Shown: positions 1 through 15,634, numbered from the stretch's first letter. The stretch is DNA of 64,000 bases from Tubiluchus corallicola (GCA_030141605.1 JAQGDQ010000231.1:62001-126000); one strand, 5' to 3'. Numbers and translations: made by a program. The notes: generated from the letters alone by a model not told the origin.

Positions 1-565
1 TGTGTGATTAGTTGATGTTTAGTTGATTAGTTAGTTGTTTGACTGGTTGGCCGCTTAGTTGCTTGCTTGTTCGGTTGATTTGTTAGTTTTAGGACTCAAA
101 TAAAATGTGAACGACAGCAGTATTGCAAAAACAAGAAATCATGTGTAAAATGCATGAACAAGTATGAAGCTGATGGTAATTCACATGTGTACGTCCTCCG
201 AAAGGATCTACGCAAAGAAATTTAAAATTCCCTTTATACATTTTATTATTTTATTGCGTAAAACGAGATACATGTAAAGGGAAAATCTTGTCGTATTTAT
301 TTTTTAGCAATTATTTTTTACAACGAATAATTCAAATCCAAGAGAGTTTCACTTTTATAAAGTTAGGACAGTTATAGCATACATTATTAAATATTACCAT
401 TGGCCTTTCCCATCATACGTAGCGAAAGTAATAATGCGCTTTCATCTCGCACCTGGAATTGCCAATCTGTTTACACCAGATAAATATAATGCCAAAAAAT
501 AGCAACTTGGTGTTTTATAACTGTGGCGGTACCAGCCTCTTATTTCTTTTCAAAGGCAAGAGATA

Positions 566-660
566 TAGCTCAGTGGTAGCGTGCTCGCTTCCCACCCAGA
601 AGTTCGCGGTTTCAACTCTCGACCATGTCACGCCAAAGACTTAAAAAATGGTGCTGATTC
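566..660 (+). mobile_element. tRNA-derived SINE head and core (MetaSINE-like), decayed
   Basis: A-box TAGCTCAGTGG (566-576) and degenerate B-box GGTTTCAACTC (~608-618), followed by CCAAAGACTTAAAAAATGG, which recurs near 10107 (CCAAAGACTTTAAAAATGG). The Meta-domain assignment is from memory. Confidence 0.55.
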
Positions 661-770
661 TTCGACCAAACATACGGGCTTATCGAAGTAACATGCATTT
701 AATAGCAATCGGGGCGGCGTTGTAAATAAGTATTGAGTTACTTAACGTGTTATCCGTGGACTATGTCCTA

Positions 771-890
771 AACTACGGCCAAATCACGTTGAAAACACCA
801 GTTCTCGTCTGATCACGGAAGTTAAGCAACTTAGAGCCTGGTTAGTACTTGGATGGGTGACCGCCTAGGAATACCAGGTGCTGTAGGCTT
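771..890 (+). pseudogene. 5S rRNA-derived sequence (head of a SINE3-type element, not a canonical 5S gene)
   Basis: 120-nt match to metazoan 5S (CTACGGCC...GAAGTTAAGC...TTAGTACTTGGATGGGTGACCGCC...CTGTAGGCTT). The first two bases are AA instead of GC/GT, and no oligo-T Pol III terminator follows 890. Confidence 0.85.
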
Positions 891-1307
891 GCGGGATGCC
901 CACATTGTGTCTCGACACTAGGCGGAGGAGCTGCACAAGCAGCGAATGGCTAGAGGACGGAGGAGGTCAAGTGACCCAACGGCCGTGTGTAGAGGAATAA
1001 ACCTTCCAAATCAGGAGTGGAGCCCCGAAGGCGGACCAGTGCAGCATGATCATTGACTCCGGCAGCTCCTGCAGCCAACCTGGTGCCAAACGCATCGCTC
1101 CGCTTTCCTTTGGACTACACCAGCGATGGAGAGGGGGTTCCTGTTGTCTGGGCAACTCAGGATCTCCATACATTTTGCCCAGGCGTGCGCCCTGGAGACG
1201 TTCAAGGATCGCACTGCTCAGCCACAGTCGACGTGTGAACAATGTGATCAATAACTGACTCTCTTGGCGCACACTCCATTGTCTTCCGAGACAGAAGGAT
1301 GCCAACC
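774..1307 (+). mobile_element. 5S-headed SINE with RTE-like body and 3' tail
   Basis: 11-bp direct repeat ATGTCCTAAAC at 763-773 and 1308-1318 (TSD); 5S head; GC-rich body 891-1250; tail CCATTGTCTTCCGAGACAGAAGGATGCCAAC recalled as an RTE-clade 3' end. Confidence 0.8.
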
Positions 1308-2366
1308 ATGTCCTAAACGAAATCATTGTAGGCCTTTGAGATGGGACAACGAATCGACAATGAGGTGGGGGTGTTATACGCCCTCCAAGCAACTCATGCG
1401 ATATGTAAAACGTAATCAAATAACGAGAACTAAAGCAAACTGATGGATAGGAGATTCGTAAGAAGCAAACTAAGGGAAATGAACCGGTCACTACTGATTT
1501 TTCACGTCCGCAACGCAGTATTCGTCGATAGTTGTGAATTTCGTAAGGAAGCAGTTCCTTTTTCATACAAAATTGGTCCTCTTCCAGATGCATATATTTC
1601 TAAGATCTTATTTAATGAAGGTTTTCAGTTTCAGAAGTAAACAGCCCAATATCATGTGGCCTTGACAGAAACACAGCAGCCGAACAATGCAGTAAAAATG
1701 TTTTCAATTATTATGGCAATTTCGCTGCAAAATCTGGCCATACTTTTCGACGATTTCGGTTTTTCGAGTTTAGTCTGGACTGCACAACCATATTGACATC
1801 TGATATTTTGACAGAATTTATAGCATGTTATATTATTAAGTTTTTGCTGTACTTGCCTCTGTTCAATCATGCGTTTGTCAGGTATCAGCATTCAACAGGC
1901 GTTGAAGACGCACCAAGTTTGCTTTGTGACGCTGACGCTTCTGTTATGTTTTAATTTTGAAATCGCTAAATATTTAATTACTCAATAATTAACTGAATAA
2001 CGACAAACCATAAGAATAGCTCAGAATTGAATAGGGTGATACATTCGGTTTCTCTAGCGTATTTACTAAAAATGGGTCGCCACCTCTAATGACTCTAAGA
2101 ACTGTGGATAATATTTTAGGAGACTGGAAAATTAAAAATTATTGATCTTAAAATGAGTTGATTCAAGTGTTAAAACTTCCACAAGAGAGAAAGCAGGAGG
2201 TCACGAAGTTCGTCTGTGTAAGCATTAAAAAGTAATTTATAAATCATTAGTAAGAAATGCGAGTATTGCGAAAGAACGTTACTTATAGACCGAATCAATT
2301 AGTCGTATGTTTGTTAATGACGCTTCATAAATCAGGGCTGCTCTCAGCTGCTCACGAAAGTAGACT

Positions 2367-3420
2367 GATTGATTGAATGCTTTTATTTCGGAGCAAAGTC
2401 CGTATTACAATACAATACAACTCATAATTAACAATCAAACGTTATACATGTAAATCAATATAGCAATTATCATTTAGTAGTATCTCACAGTTAAATACAG
2501 TTAATTAATTATTTACAATATTTACGATTTAGCTTTGATAGGCTACAGTACATGGACATTTGTTCTAATGCCCATACAATCTAGATATAAGTAAACAGTC
2601 ACTGCGAAATATGTTATTTATCAATTTATTGTTAATGTTTGTAGCTCTGATTTTTAGTGACTAAATAGATCTTTTAACAATAAAATCAAAATATGGTACA
2701 TTTATGTCAACACACATTGTTCTAGCCGAGCAGTCATAGGGTAGATTGAACAAAGTTCTGATCACTTTATTATACGCAACTTTTAAATTCCTCAAACTAT
2801 AGTCATAAAAGTTGTTCCACGATGCAGCACAATAAAAGTTAAGCAGTATGCTTTGAACAAAGCTAGTTTGACTTCTGTACTACAGTTAGAAAAATGACAA
2901 ATTAATTTGTTAGAATGTATGGAGAACAAACGGCACTAGCGGTCAATATCTGTATTGTCCACTTTATCTGTTTTCAAAAGATGGTCTAAGTACTTATCTT
3001 CTGAACAAGATTTAATACTATTTAGTTCTGCATAAATATCCCCTGTAGGAAAATTTGTATAATTTAACAGTTTAAAGTTAGAAGCTTTGTTTTAGTATAA
3101 TTCACCTTAATGTGATAATTATTGTGCTGCATACTGCATGTACAAATTTAATAGACACTGCAGTCTCGTCATAGTAGATGCAATCAGACGGGTGTCGTAA
3201 GCGTACTTAAGATTATTAGTACATTTCCTATAAACAACCAGTTTCGATTCAGCTTAGAAAGGTAGGTATTTAATAGTTTGGAAATAAAATACCTGCCTTA
3301 TTTTACACATTTAGATATATTAAACTGAAATACTGTTCCTCCATCTAATTGCCATTTGCTGTTTCTGATACCATGTATGCAGTAAAGGCAAATTATTATT
3401 AATTTATACAGGCGAGTTTA
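2367..3420 (-). mobile_element. Possible highly decayed LINE (L2/CR1-like) 3' fragment
   Basis: Minus strand ends in AATAAAAGCATTCAATCAATC, a polyA signal plus short tandem tail. No intact ORF. Confidence 0.25.
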
Positions 3421-4808
3421 GTGTAGTTATTGCTTCATCATGCAAAGGGTCACCAGAGCTGGATTATGCGAGATACGATACCTGACTGTTAGGTGATCAA
3501 AAACTGTTAGTAATAAAATTATGGTCGCCAAACGGATCATTAACTTTGGGATGTCGGCAACCGGTAGGGCTGTCACAGAATAGGCATGGAAAGTGAACAG
3601 ATCAAAGTGTGTAGAGTTCCTCAAACTACACCTTCAAGACGTAGTGAATCACATGATGGAGTGTCGTTGATTGATTGGCCACCTGACGGTCTTGAGGTGT
3701 GGTTACTCTGTCAGAAATTCTTCAGAAAACCAGAATCTCCTAACTAACTTAAACTAACTTAAACCAAAGAATAAGTCACTCAGTATGTTGGGTTTATTTT
3801 ATTGTTATCATTTAAACTTAAAAATTATAACAAAGAAATTTGCAAAGAACTGCCTATAACATATAAATTTGAAATATACTACCTCAGAATGGAAATTTTC
3901 ACACGTGGTGGTTGCGGCCATTCACTTGAAAATCGTAGCTAGAAGAATTTGTGGCTTTCCACAAGCGCGCGCTGATTAAACAAATTCAAACTTCTGCAGC
4001 GTACCTAATGTTCACGCAAAAATATTGCAAAAATTAGCTAACTGATTTGTGTAAAAACTTATTACACTATTGATGAATGTGTGCTACTTTTTTTTCAGGA
4101 TGAATGACGTCATTGGAAGACGAATGGGCATTGAAAATGGGAGTGCCCAAGCATGAGGTGATCGCGATTTCAAGATGCTTATTGCAGTTTTATTACTAAA
4201 TTCTCCTAACATCTTTCGCGCGTAGTGAAATAAGCTAAATCTCCTAGAAGGCTTGTTCTTTCCTTTAAACTAGAACTAGAAAGAGAGAGAGAGAGAGAGA
4301 AAGAGAGAAGTGATGAAGCTAGAGACGTTCTGTTGTTAATAAGATCTTGACACAATACGCCGAGGATCGAATATTATGTGAGCATCGAGTGCTGGGGTGC
4401 AGAGGATGTGTACTCAAAAGATGCGGAGTGAATCACAACATCAATCTTACAACAGTTTGTTTGCTTTAAACCGACTATTTAGCACTGAACTGAAAAGATT
4501 TTTTCAACGGAAAAGTGTCACACGGGAAACAGTTATGGGCGTTTGTGTCTGGACAAGCCAATAGAATGTTAATGCATTGGGAAACGCACAGAACACGATT
4601 CGTGAAACCAAAATATTGAGTCCAAATGCAAAATACAAGCAGAGAAGCCAGACATGGACTTGTTCTGGTGAGAAGCACCAGCTTGCATAGGGGCGTAGAA
4701 TCACTTGAGTAAGATATCGTTTTATCGTTCCATGTCGACTGGGCAACTTCTAACTTTACAGACTTAACAAAGACGACCAAAAATATTTTTTTATACTTTA
4801 AAGGAGCC

Positions 4809-4930
<122 letters not shown>

Positions 4931-5530
4931 GAGTTGTAGCCTACTAATATTAGCTATACACTACATTTTGTTGTTTTGGGACTCGCAATTTATAATAATC
5001 TAGAATTCATTGACAGCATTGTCAACCAGTCCCCTGATCAACTTTTCCCTTCGAGCTTTTTTGTCCAGTCACAACGCTGAAGCAGACTGCAGAGGGTATC
5101 TACCACATAATGGGCCTGATTCTGAATAAATTTCCATGTTTTGAGGTAGACAGTTCAACTCATCTGATCAAACAGTACTTGAAAACCTAACGGGATTTAA
5201 CCAATTGAGATTCTAACATTTTCATGTAATTTCCAATTAATTGGTAGCGATGAACATGGCTATGTGGTCAAATATTGTGTGTTTGGCTCTGAAAGCGCCG
5301 AGCCTTGATAGTAAACAGATTGAACAAAAACATTTTGGAGATTCATCTGCCATATTGCATTCGATCATTTGCTCTAGTCGATTTTTCCATTACGATTCGG
5401 ATAATTTTTATTCCAAATTCGCTAGACAAATTAAACAGACACAACATGCATTCAAAATGCACAAATTTGCTAATTATATAATTTGCACATTACATTACAT
5501 ATACACACAAGTCTTCAAACAAATGCGAAA

Positions 5531-6270
5531 TTACATGTAGTTTGTAAAGTATGTTTCTGGTAAGCCGGTCATATTATGCTGTTTCATAAACTCGGATAGT
5601 TGTTTTATATAGGTATATCCCACTTCACGCAATTCCTCCGTGTAGGGATCGAATACTTTCATCTTGTTTCTCTTAAAGGTCCCAGTTTGATGAGCCATTG
5701 CACAGTCTAACCTCAACGAAAGTTCAGTCACATTGAAACTCAGAAAATTTAAAACACGCTCAGTTTCTGTACGCACATTCGACAGTAAATCCTCATAATA
5801 AACAACAATCTTCGCAGAGTCCGTAAATTTTATATACTTTTCATAAGTTATGTACCATTTCTTCATACCAACTCTAGCAAAACGCTCCCATTCTACAAAA
5901 AACAAAATTCACAGATATTAGTTAAATAAATTCAAACCTAATTACAGGTCTATATTAAATGTCAGAGACCTGTCTGTTTGATAACGTAAAGTAGTTTCTA
6001 ACTCACTAGTTTTTATTTTACGGAGTTCATAAATGACATTAAATTTTGGGAAACTTCTAGATAATGATCAAGACATACATGTCGTATGTTGCACGCTGTA
6101 TGTCCTGACCTCGTCATGTTTTTGATGTCGTACAAAACCCTCTAAAAGCCGTACAAAACCCTTCGTGGACCTAAGGCGCAATACACAAATGTACATGCAC
6201 ATGCACACGAACTATTTAATTGGAAATGCTTTAGAAATAGCTAAAGTTGCTTTAGTAACTTTACAGAAAC

Positions 6271-6349
<79 letters not shown>

Positions 6350-9198
6350 AAGAAAAGAAAGGACTAATTCGATAGAGGCAATTTTGGCATTCCTCGAATC
6401 TCACTGGAACCTGCACAGGTTTTCGTTTTTGTGATTTTGGCATATTGCCATTCATTTAGCTGTTAATTATACTTTTAAAAGATCGTGTGTATTGCAGTTA
6501 GTGCAGTAACAGCTGAGTAGCTGAACACGATGTAACAGCATGAAGAGAAATTTATTGTTACTTCGCCGGTGCATAAACCGCAAGTAGACTTAATATACGT
6601 CTACTAGCACCAACTTTGCACTGGCAAAGTGTACCACTGGCGGAAAACTAATGTGTACAAACGAAATGGACCACTATCAAAGTGTATACTGGGCAAAGTG
6701 TACACTAACCTAACTCTCATCTTAACCCTGACTCTAACTAGCAAATGTTGCATTGGCGAAATGGGCGGCCACTATATGAATAACCGTAACAGACAGATAT
6801 ATATGATGTATATGTAAAGGTACTTGTAATCAGCTGCTTTGGTGTTTGTGAATTTCCAACATACCAGCAATTTGAAATCTTTCGAGAGGAACGTCTTTTA
6901 CATGATTTCCTATCCGTCTCTTCCATTCTGTCATTACAGCCTTAAAAGGATTCCTGATAAGTAGTATTGCTGAGGAAAAGTAATTCACGTATCTGTGAGA
7001 TTTGACCACAATCGTCTTTCCCGATTTTGGCGATTCAATTGTTCCGAGAAAACCTAAAATAATTGTTTAATGTTAGTATTAATGCTGTTATTGTTGCTAA
7101 ATGTGAAGACGTTTTAAGGCCTTCTTCATTATATTGAAATAAACACAAAGTGCAAGGCGATTTGTTTACAGAAAACAGGTGCAAGAAATCGTCGTCTTTT
7201 GTCGCTATCCTCGTCGTTATAATCGTCATTTTTTTCAATATCAGTATCATCACAGTCAACGTCATCATCATCATCACAATGGTCATCATCATCCTCTTCA
7301 TTATCATCATTATTATTTTCCTTATGATCATCGTCGTCATCATTATTATCGTCACCACCAATAAAACCACCATCATCACCACCACCACCACCACGATTTG
7401 CAATGTCGTCTTCTCTAACTGATATTATTATCACTGCTATCATCATTGTCATTTTCAAGAATGTTGCCACCACAGTAATGATCAGTTTCCTCACAAACCA
7501 TTTCATTATTCAACTGTTTACCTCCATAAAAAAGAGTTGGATCTCTATGAACGCTGCCCGTGTATATTCCCGATGAAAGTTCAATCAACCATCGTAGCCA
7601 AGTGTTTCCGGAACCTGGAAAGCTTACCAGTCCCACAAGAGGATGTGATCCAGGTGGATCAAGCGTAACAATACCACAGCGGATGTCTATAAAAATAAAT
7701 TATTTCTTTGCCACAACTTACGAATGTTTTGTGCCATTTTAGTACTTAAGAAACACCGCAATGGGAAGTGACATTTCACAGAGAGATGCTTCCTTTTGTT
7801 TTGCCACATCCGCCATTCACACAAACAAAACAATAACACAGCTTACATAGTATGCATACTAGCTATTTTGCAATGTAATTATATTAAATAAGGGCACAAT
7901 TTCAATCATATTAGCTTGTACCTATAAAGTACAAAAGCTATATAATCTCACCATTAACTCTTATTTGTTGAATGCTTGACTCATAGAGCAGTAGCGTGTT
8001 TGATGAGAGACTGCAAAAATCTCCACTGCAACATTTTGTAATATTGAACTGGCTTCCAAGTTTGCTCAAACAGTAGCATTTTTCTCCGTGGTGCTGAATT
8101 CCAATGTATTTTGCTTTCCTAGAAAAATGGACGGGAAGTTCATCATCAGGTACCAGAAGCTCAGTCAAAAGATTGATAATGGCTAAATTATTGCGGACGC
8201 TTTATTGTTTCGGGTTTCACTTGACGGTTGCAATAATTACTCATTGGTGTGAAATCCGCAATTATCGAAATTGTGACATTTAAGTTAGTGCAAAAATCAT
8301 ATCGACAAACTAGAATTCAAATTCAAATTCAGTTGATTTCACCAGCAAACTACAATAATACAAATATTCATGTACAGCATCTTGTACAATTGAAAACAGC
8401 AGAAAATAAATAAAATAAGTTCTGACTCCCCAGAAATACTATATTAAGGTGTTGTTTGCAGCATGGTAGCTAAAAGGGAACATTGTTAAGCCGCAAACAG
8501 GACTGTAATTAGAGTCTGGAATATACGATTCTCGGTACATCAGTGGCGCTACCAGAGAAACCACTTTAAATTTTCGGGTCACGGTTGAAGATTGCAATTC
8601 ATTATAATCCAATGTTGCTGGTTCAAAATTCAAGCACCGTCATCTTATCCACGTATCTTATTCGTTGAATCTAATTTATCTAATGTCTATTTGAAGACCA
8701 TCACTAACTGTACCATTACTTATCAGTGGTTACAATAATTAGAAACAAAAAACCTTCTTACTCCGAGAAACACTTCCAGGCACAAGAAGATGATAAACCC
8801 CAATGTTGCGTCGATTCTTCATCACTCATCTCTGTTTGTCGAAGATCGTCAAGAGTAAAATAGCACCCAATGAAGTCGGCTACATGCACAAAAAATAGGC
8901 TTCAGAAACACAAGTTTGTTTTTGAGAATTCATGTGCAAGCTATACTAATAAGGTCGAGAAAAAGTTGACCTACAATGATTTAGAGATCTAGGGGTTATG
9001 TGTTTTGTTTTATATTATTTAGATTTTCGTATTATACCTCCTTCTATTGAAGTCAATCGTTGCGTGGACATCAGCTTATCATGCCTTTCAGTTATGATAT
9101 TCCAACCAGTATGATCCAATTTTATCTCAGACGCGCACTTGTCGCCTGCAACCGCAGTGTTATTCACTGACCACGGGCCATATCTCCAGAGGAAGACG
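5531..9198 (-). CDS. WSC domain-containing sulfotransferase (WSCD1/WSCD2 family), 5' end not located
   Basis: Phase-compatible GT-AG exons 9198-9038, 8879-8762, 8118-7952, 7686-7522, 7053-6865 and 5892-5531 (TAA). Degenerate WSC motifs (FIGCY; C-x3-C...[13 protein letters not shown]), 5'-PSB loop [23 protein letters not shown], 3'-[15 protein letters not shown] and YYEDL. Confidence 0.85.
6275..6345. repeat. (AG)n microsatellite, intronic
   Basis: About 35 AG units. Confidence 0.95.
7200..7450. repeat. Degenerate (ATC/ACC/GTC)n trinucleotide tract in WSCD intron
   Basis: 3-nt periodic low-complexity sequence lying between exons 7522-7686 and 6865-7053. Confidence 0.85.
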
Positions 9199-9261
9199 CT
9201 ATAAAAGCTGAGAATTGCGAAAACTGAAATAAAAATTATTCTGCTTATTGTATTTCACAAT

Positions 9262-9380
9262 AGTGTGGTGGTGATGGTGGTGGTGGTTAATGGTGGTAGT
9301 GATAGTGGTGGTGATGGTGGTAGTTGTGGTGGTGATAACGGTGACGGTGGTGATGATGGTGGTGACGGAAATGGTGGGAT
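9262..9380. repeat. Degenerate (GGT/GAT)n tract
   Basis: Trinucleotide low-complexity run. Confidence 0.85.
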
Positions 9381-9542
9381 GAATGTGAGGGTAGTGGTTG
9401 CATAGTCGTCTCCGGCGTCGTGTTAATGTCAGCACGATTAGGTATGCATTAACATTTAGCAAAAATGTACGAATGGGCGGCGGTCATACTGTTACTAGTA
9501 CGTCATTTTGCGCAGTTGCTTTTGTACAACTAAGCATGGATG

Positions 9543-11450
<1,908 letters not shown>

Positions 11451-11745
11451 TTCGTTGCTAAACAAAAACTTGGCCAAATTAATGCAGAATTGACAGCCTT
11501 TCGTGAGAATAGAACGGTGCCACACTACTTTCTGTGTTTCTATTTTTTTTATAGCGAGAAGAAAATATATGAAAGAAAAGACACGTAGCTTAAATCATAT
11601 TACCTGATATTATGCCGTTCCCAACAAGCTTCATTTTCCTGATTTTTTCTGATTTCTTTACAATAGTTAATCAAGTTAGTTACAAGTACACGTGCTCTTT
11701 AAGATACCACTTTAATCTGTAAAAGTCACTTTATCAAGAGTGGGC

Positions 11746-11876
11746 ATTTACCCGGGGCTAAATCATTAGGAAAATTAAGGTTGGGGGGGGGGGGACTCAC
11801 TTTAAACTCGAGTGAAAATTTGCCCGAGGCTAAATCATTAGGAAAATTAAGGTTAGAGGGGCACTCATGTTTTAAA
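11746..11876. repeat. Two direct copies of a ~72-nt-period unit
   Basis: GGCTAAATCATTAGGAAAATTAAGGTT at ~11756 and ~11828. Confidence 0.8.
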
Positions 11877-14800
11877 GTGTAAGTTGTTTGCACTGATATG
11901 CACATCTTCGACTGACTTAACAAATTTAATGGACAAAAGCAGGTTATAGCTTTGCCCTGAGATCTGGTGACAGTGCACGCCTAATCAATTACTCCGAATT
12001 ACTGCTCTTAGAAAACATTCATTTAGGCAAAATAGTTTAGTGTTGGTTTTGAAGGTAAAATTGCTATCTATACTGTGAGTAAAATTTAATGTCAACAACA
12101 GTGGTGTAACATTAAATAAATTACAGTTGAAACAATATGCAAAACTCATTTACTATCCACAAGCTGCCGTGTCCGCTTTTAGCGAATATTGCAAACGACC
12201 ACGGCAACAAAATTTACGACATTATACTAGGTTAGGAAGACCAATCAAGTTCTCTATTTGCCATGTAAATTTTTTACCAGGTGTTTCCACAGACAAAAAA
12301 TATAACGGAAAACCCAAACCCTAGTTGACAATTTTTAGTAGCGATGCTTTCACAAGAATTCAAAACGTTTGTGAAGTTGTAGGCCTAACTGGTTACAAGA
12401 CAAGAAGTTTTCATGTTGGATGTCAAAAATAAAAAGCCGCCGTGCAACCTGTTAAATGCAAGGAGTTTCGAGCTGTAACCGAGTAATAAAGTTCTTAAAT
12501 GCGGCTAACGTTGCATTCACGCCCGTGTTTTTAAAGTCAGAGAATGTGATGAGCATATTTTTGTGTAGGTAACATTTTCATAATTTTCAAGGTTTTTTCA
12601 CTAGTTACAAGTACCGTAATGACTAAATCCATCGGGTTTTTTTTTCATAATCCATACAAAGACTCACTGATCCCTTAGTTAGTGCATGTCTACATCGCCT
12701 ACTAATTATAAAAAACAATTTTAAGTTATTTATTTAGTAACTATAATATTTGATAGTAATTATTGGGTATTAGTTATTAGTTCTTATAATCAGGCTTGAG
12801 TCAGGTGCAATTTGCAAAACTTGTGAAAATTCATAGTGTGTATATATTATTACAGACCTGTCCTTTATTAGCAAAGATGCAAACTATTTTCATGTTTGAA
12901 TCATTCGAGCTCTTGAATGTTCCACTTACGTCTTGGGCGAAAATTATTCAGATATTGACCCAGTACGCATACTAGTAAATGGACTGTAAATTATGCATAT
13001 TGGGCCGTGCTTAGACTGATTTGGTCCCATGTCATGTCTTTAAGGGAAATTAATATGTGATGGGTCAATGTTAATACTAAGCTTGGCCCTAAGCATTTCA
13101 GGTTAAAAGCTAGGCAATGTTGGTACCAATCTTGGTCCAGTACTGCTTGCATATTTCTTCAAAACATGCTGCGCCAAAGTGAAAATCAGCCAACAATGGA
13201 AACGCAGACTTTAGCCTGTTGGAGGCTATATATTGTGCCTAAGCAAATTTCAGTGCAAAAACTGGATTGATTTTGGAGCCAAACCATGTGTGACGAGCCA
13301 AAGTTGGTACTGACGTAGGTCTTGTATTGTCTACAGTTAAGCATTTACTGCGCCAGAGTTAACATCCACGTCGGCCATTGAAGGCTATAATTAAGTTGCG
13401 CTTAAGTTAAGTAAATTGCACAGTAAAAGCCAGCCCAATATTCGTGTCTATGTCCGACGCTCGGCTGAAGTCAGTATGAAGGGCTAATAAGTAGTAACAG
13501 ATCTAGATTAAAACGACTTTTTATTTGGACAACAATGAGAACTGCTTTATACGAAATGGATAGATTTGTTATTGACTTCTACAAATTAATAACGCTGAGT
13601 TCTGTAATAGTTAAAAAGCTAAAGAACTAATGAATATATAATAACGTACCTTTTCCATCAATAAAAACTGTTCATAAATATTCAGTATCCAATCACTGAT
13701 ACAGGTTTATGAATACAGTCTTGTACACTCAGTACAATACGTTCTGACATAAAGATTTATCAATTTATTGACAAATACAGGTAACATGGCATTGAAAAGT
13801 TATATTGAAAGCTTTCTTTTTGCACTTAAAGCATTACTTATTTGTAAGCATTGTACAGTTAAAATTTGTTAACCAACATACAGATGAAACTAGTTATTAA
13901 GGCAAATTTTTGGTTTTGGTGACACAAATGTACACATCACATCCTCTGACCTTTAAAACATGGGTATGGATGCAACGCAACCACACTTAGGACTTTATTG
14001 CTTAGTTACGGCACAGAAACCATTTTTTGCTAATGGGGGTATGTATATTTTGCATTTTTAGGATTCTGGGATGTTCTGATAAAAATGTTATAGTTAAAGC
14101 TAATCGCACGTACACGAGCCCTCATGCAAGTCTCTCATATCCTGTCTGTAAGTGTATGTATTACGTTACCCATGTATAGCTTTAATGTTCGTCTGTAATT
14201 AAGACTAAGACTACGAGAATATTAATTCTTCTTTAATTAAAACTGCAAAAGTGATGCTGGCTTATCAAAATTGCGCGTTTGCCGATGGTATCAACCATAG
14301 TGTGCCAACGTTGTAGGCCCGTATCCTTATTGTCAATGCGCCACACTTCTTCCCCTGTTGCCCTAAACATCTATTGTAGACATTGAGCCTCTGTTCTTTA
14401 TTAGAGCAGCTCACTGTTTCCTGCTGCGCCACTCAAACTGTTTGACTGTCTGCTGGTTGATGGTGCCAGCGTAGCAGATAATCACAAAAATACGTAACAA
14501 TAGGAGAATTTTGTCACTACTTCTTCGATGTACTTTGATATTATTATTATCTATGGTTTTGGCGCTGTGATCTTTGTCACTAAAAGCGAAGATTTGCCTT
14601 GTGACATGTCGTGAAAAGAATGATCTCTGTAGGGCGCGGAGTACGCCACTAGCCAAAGTAAAGCGCCTTCGCTAAATTTGCGCAAAAGCTGTGTCGTGCA
14701 AAGGGCAGCCCAGATAGGGCACTGGGGATTTCTGTCGAAAATCGGGAATTATGATATAATAAAACATAAAACTAAATTTGTTTTAGAAAAAACTAACTTT

Positions 14801-15634
14801 ATAATAATGATGGATAGTCCTTTACAATTTACAAATGTATCTTTTTGCAATAATATCATCATTATTATTAGCTCCTTTAGTATCATCATAACTTTAAATT
14901 AAGTATCTAACGCTGACAGAGAATCTATGCAAGGCACGTAGCTCGCTAGGCCATTTACTTAGTAGAAAACAATTATTTGTCCAAGAGGTAGTGAAAATGA
15001 TCAACTGTCTGTGAAGCGAGAAAAAATAAAAACGATAATACATTAAGCAAATGTTGGAATCGCCTAAAAGCGGGCTTATTTTACTTCAAAAAGATTAATA
15101 TCGAAGCCAAATTTAATATTGGCCGTTCTACTAGCTTAGAATAAGATTATTTTATTTTTCCAGATGTATAATAAATTATTCAACGTATATAGAGGTTTCC
15201 AATTATTATTATTATTATTATTAAATAAAGACATTAGACGCTGCCAGTATAGTTAACGACTCAATTCGTGACCTGTCTCTAATGTCCTATTTGGGCAGCC
15301 CGTGTACGACGCGTCCTACTTGGGCAAGCCCATGTATGCCAATTTCGGCTAGTGTATCCTACTTCGGCTAGTGTCCTACTCCGCTCCCAACAATCTCAAT
15401 CGTACCCTATATGTGAATCGTAGTTAAACTGCGAAGGTACTACTGCTGATTTTGTTCAGATTGCATTTCTTTTTCGTTAAAAATTTGGGACATATCATTA
15501 AAAACAGTTATATGAATAGCACATGAATGAATTTAAAATAATTACAAATTCACAATTGGCAACGGTATTTACGCGATAATTACGGTAGGACAATCTCCGA
15601 CAAACTAGGTAAACTAATAATGCTGGTAATTATA

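Noticed and set aside
771-890. Functional 5S rRNA gene
   Set aside because: No T-run terminator, altered 5' end, not in a tandem array, and enclosed with 417 nt of extra sequence by a TSD.
967-1593. 208-aa minus-strand ORF
   Set aside because: Crosses the SINE boundary, has no recognisable domain, and is explained by the GC-rich SINE body.
6165-6455. RE- and LS-repeat ORFs
   Set aside because: Translations of the (AG)n microsatellite.
7035-7506. Overlapping poly-Asp, poly-His and poly-Ile/Met ORFs
   Set aside because: Products of a trinucleotide tract inside an intron whose flanking exons join in phase.
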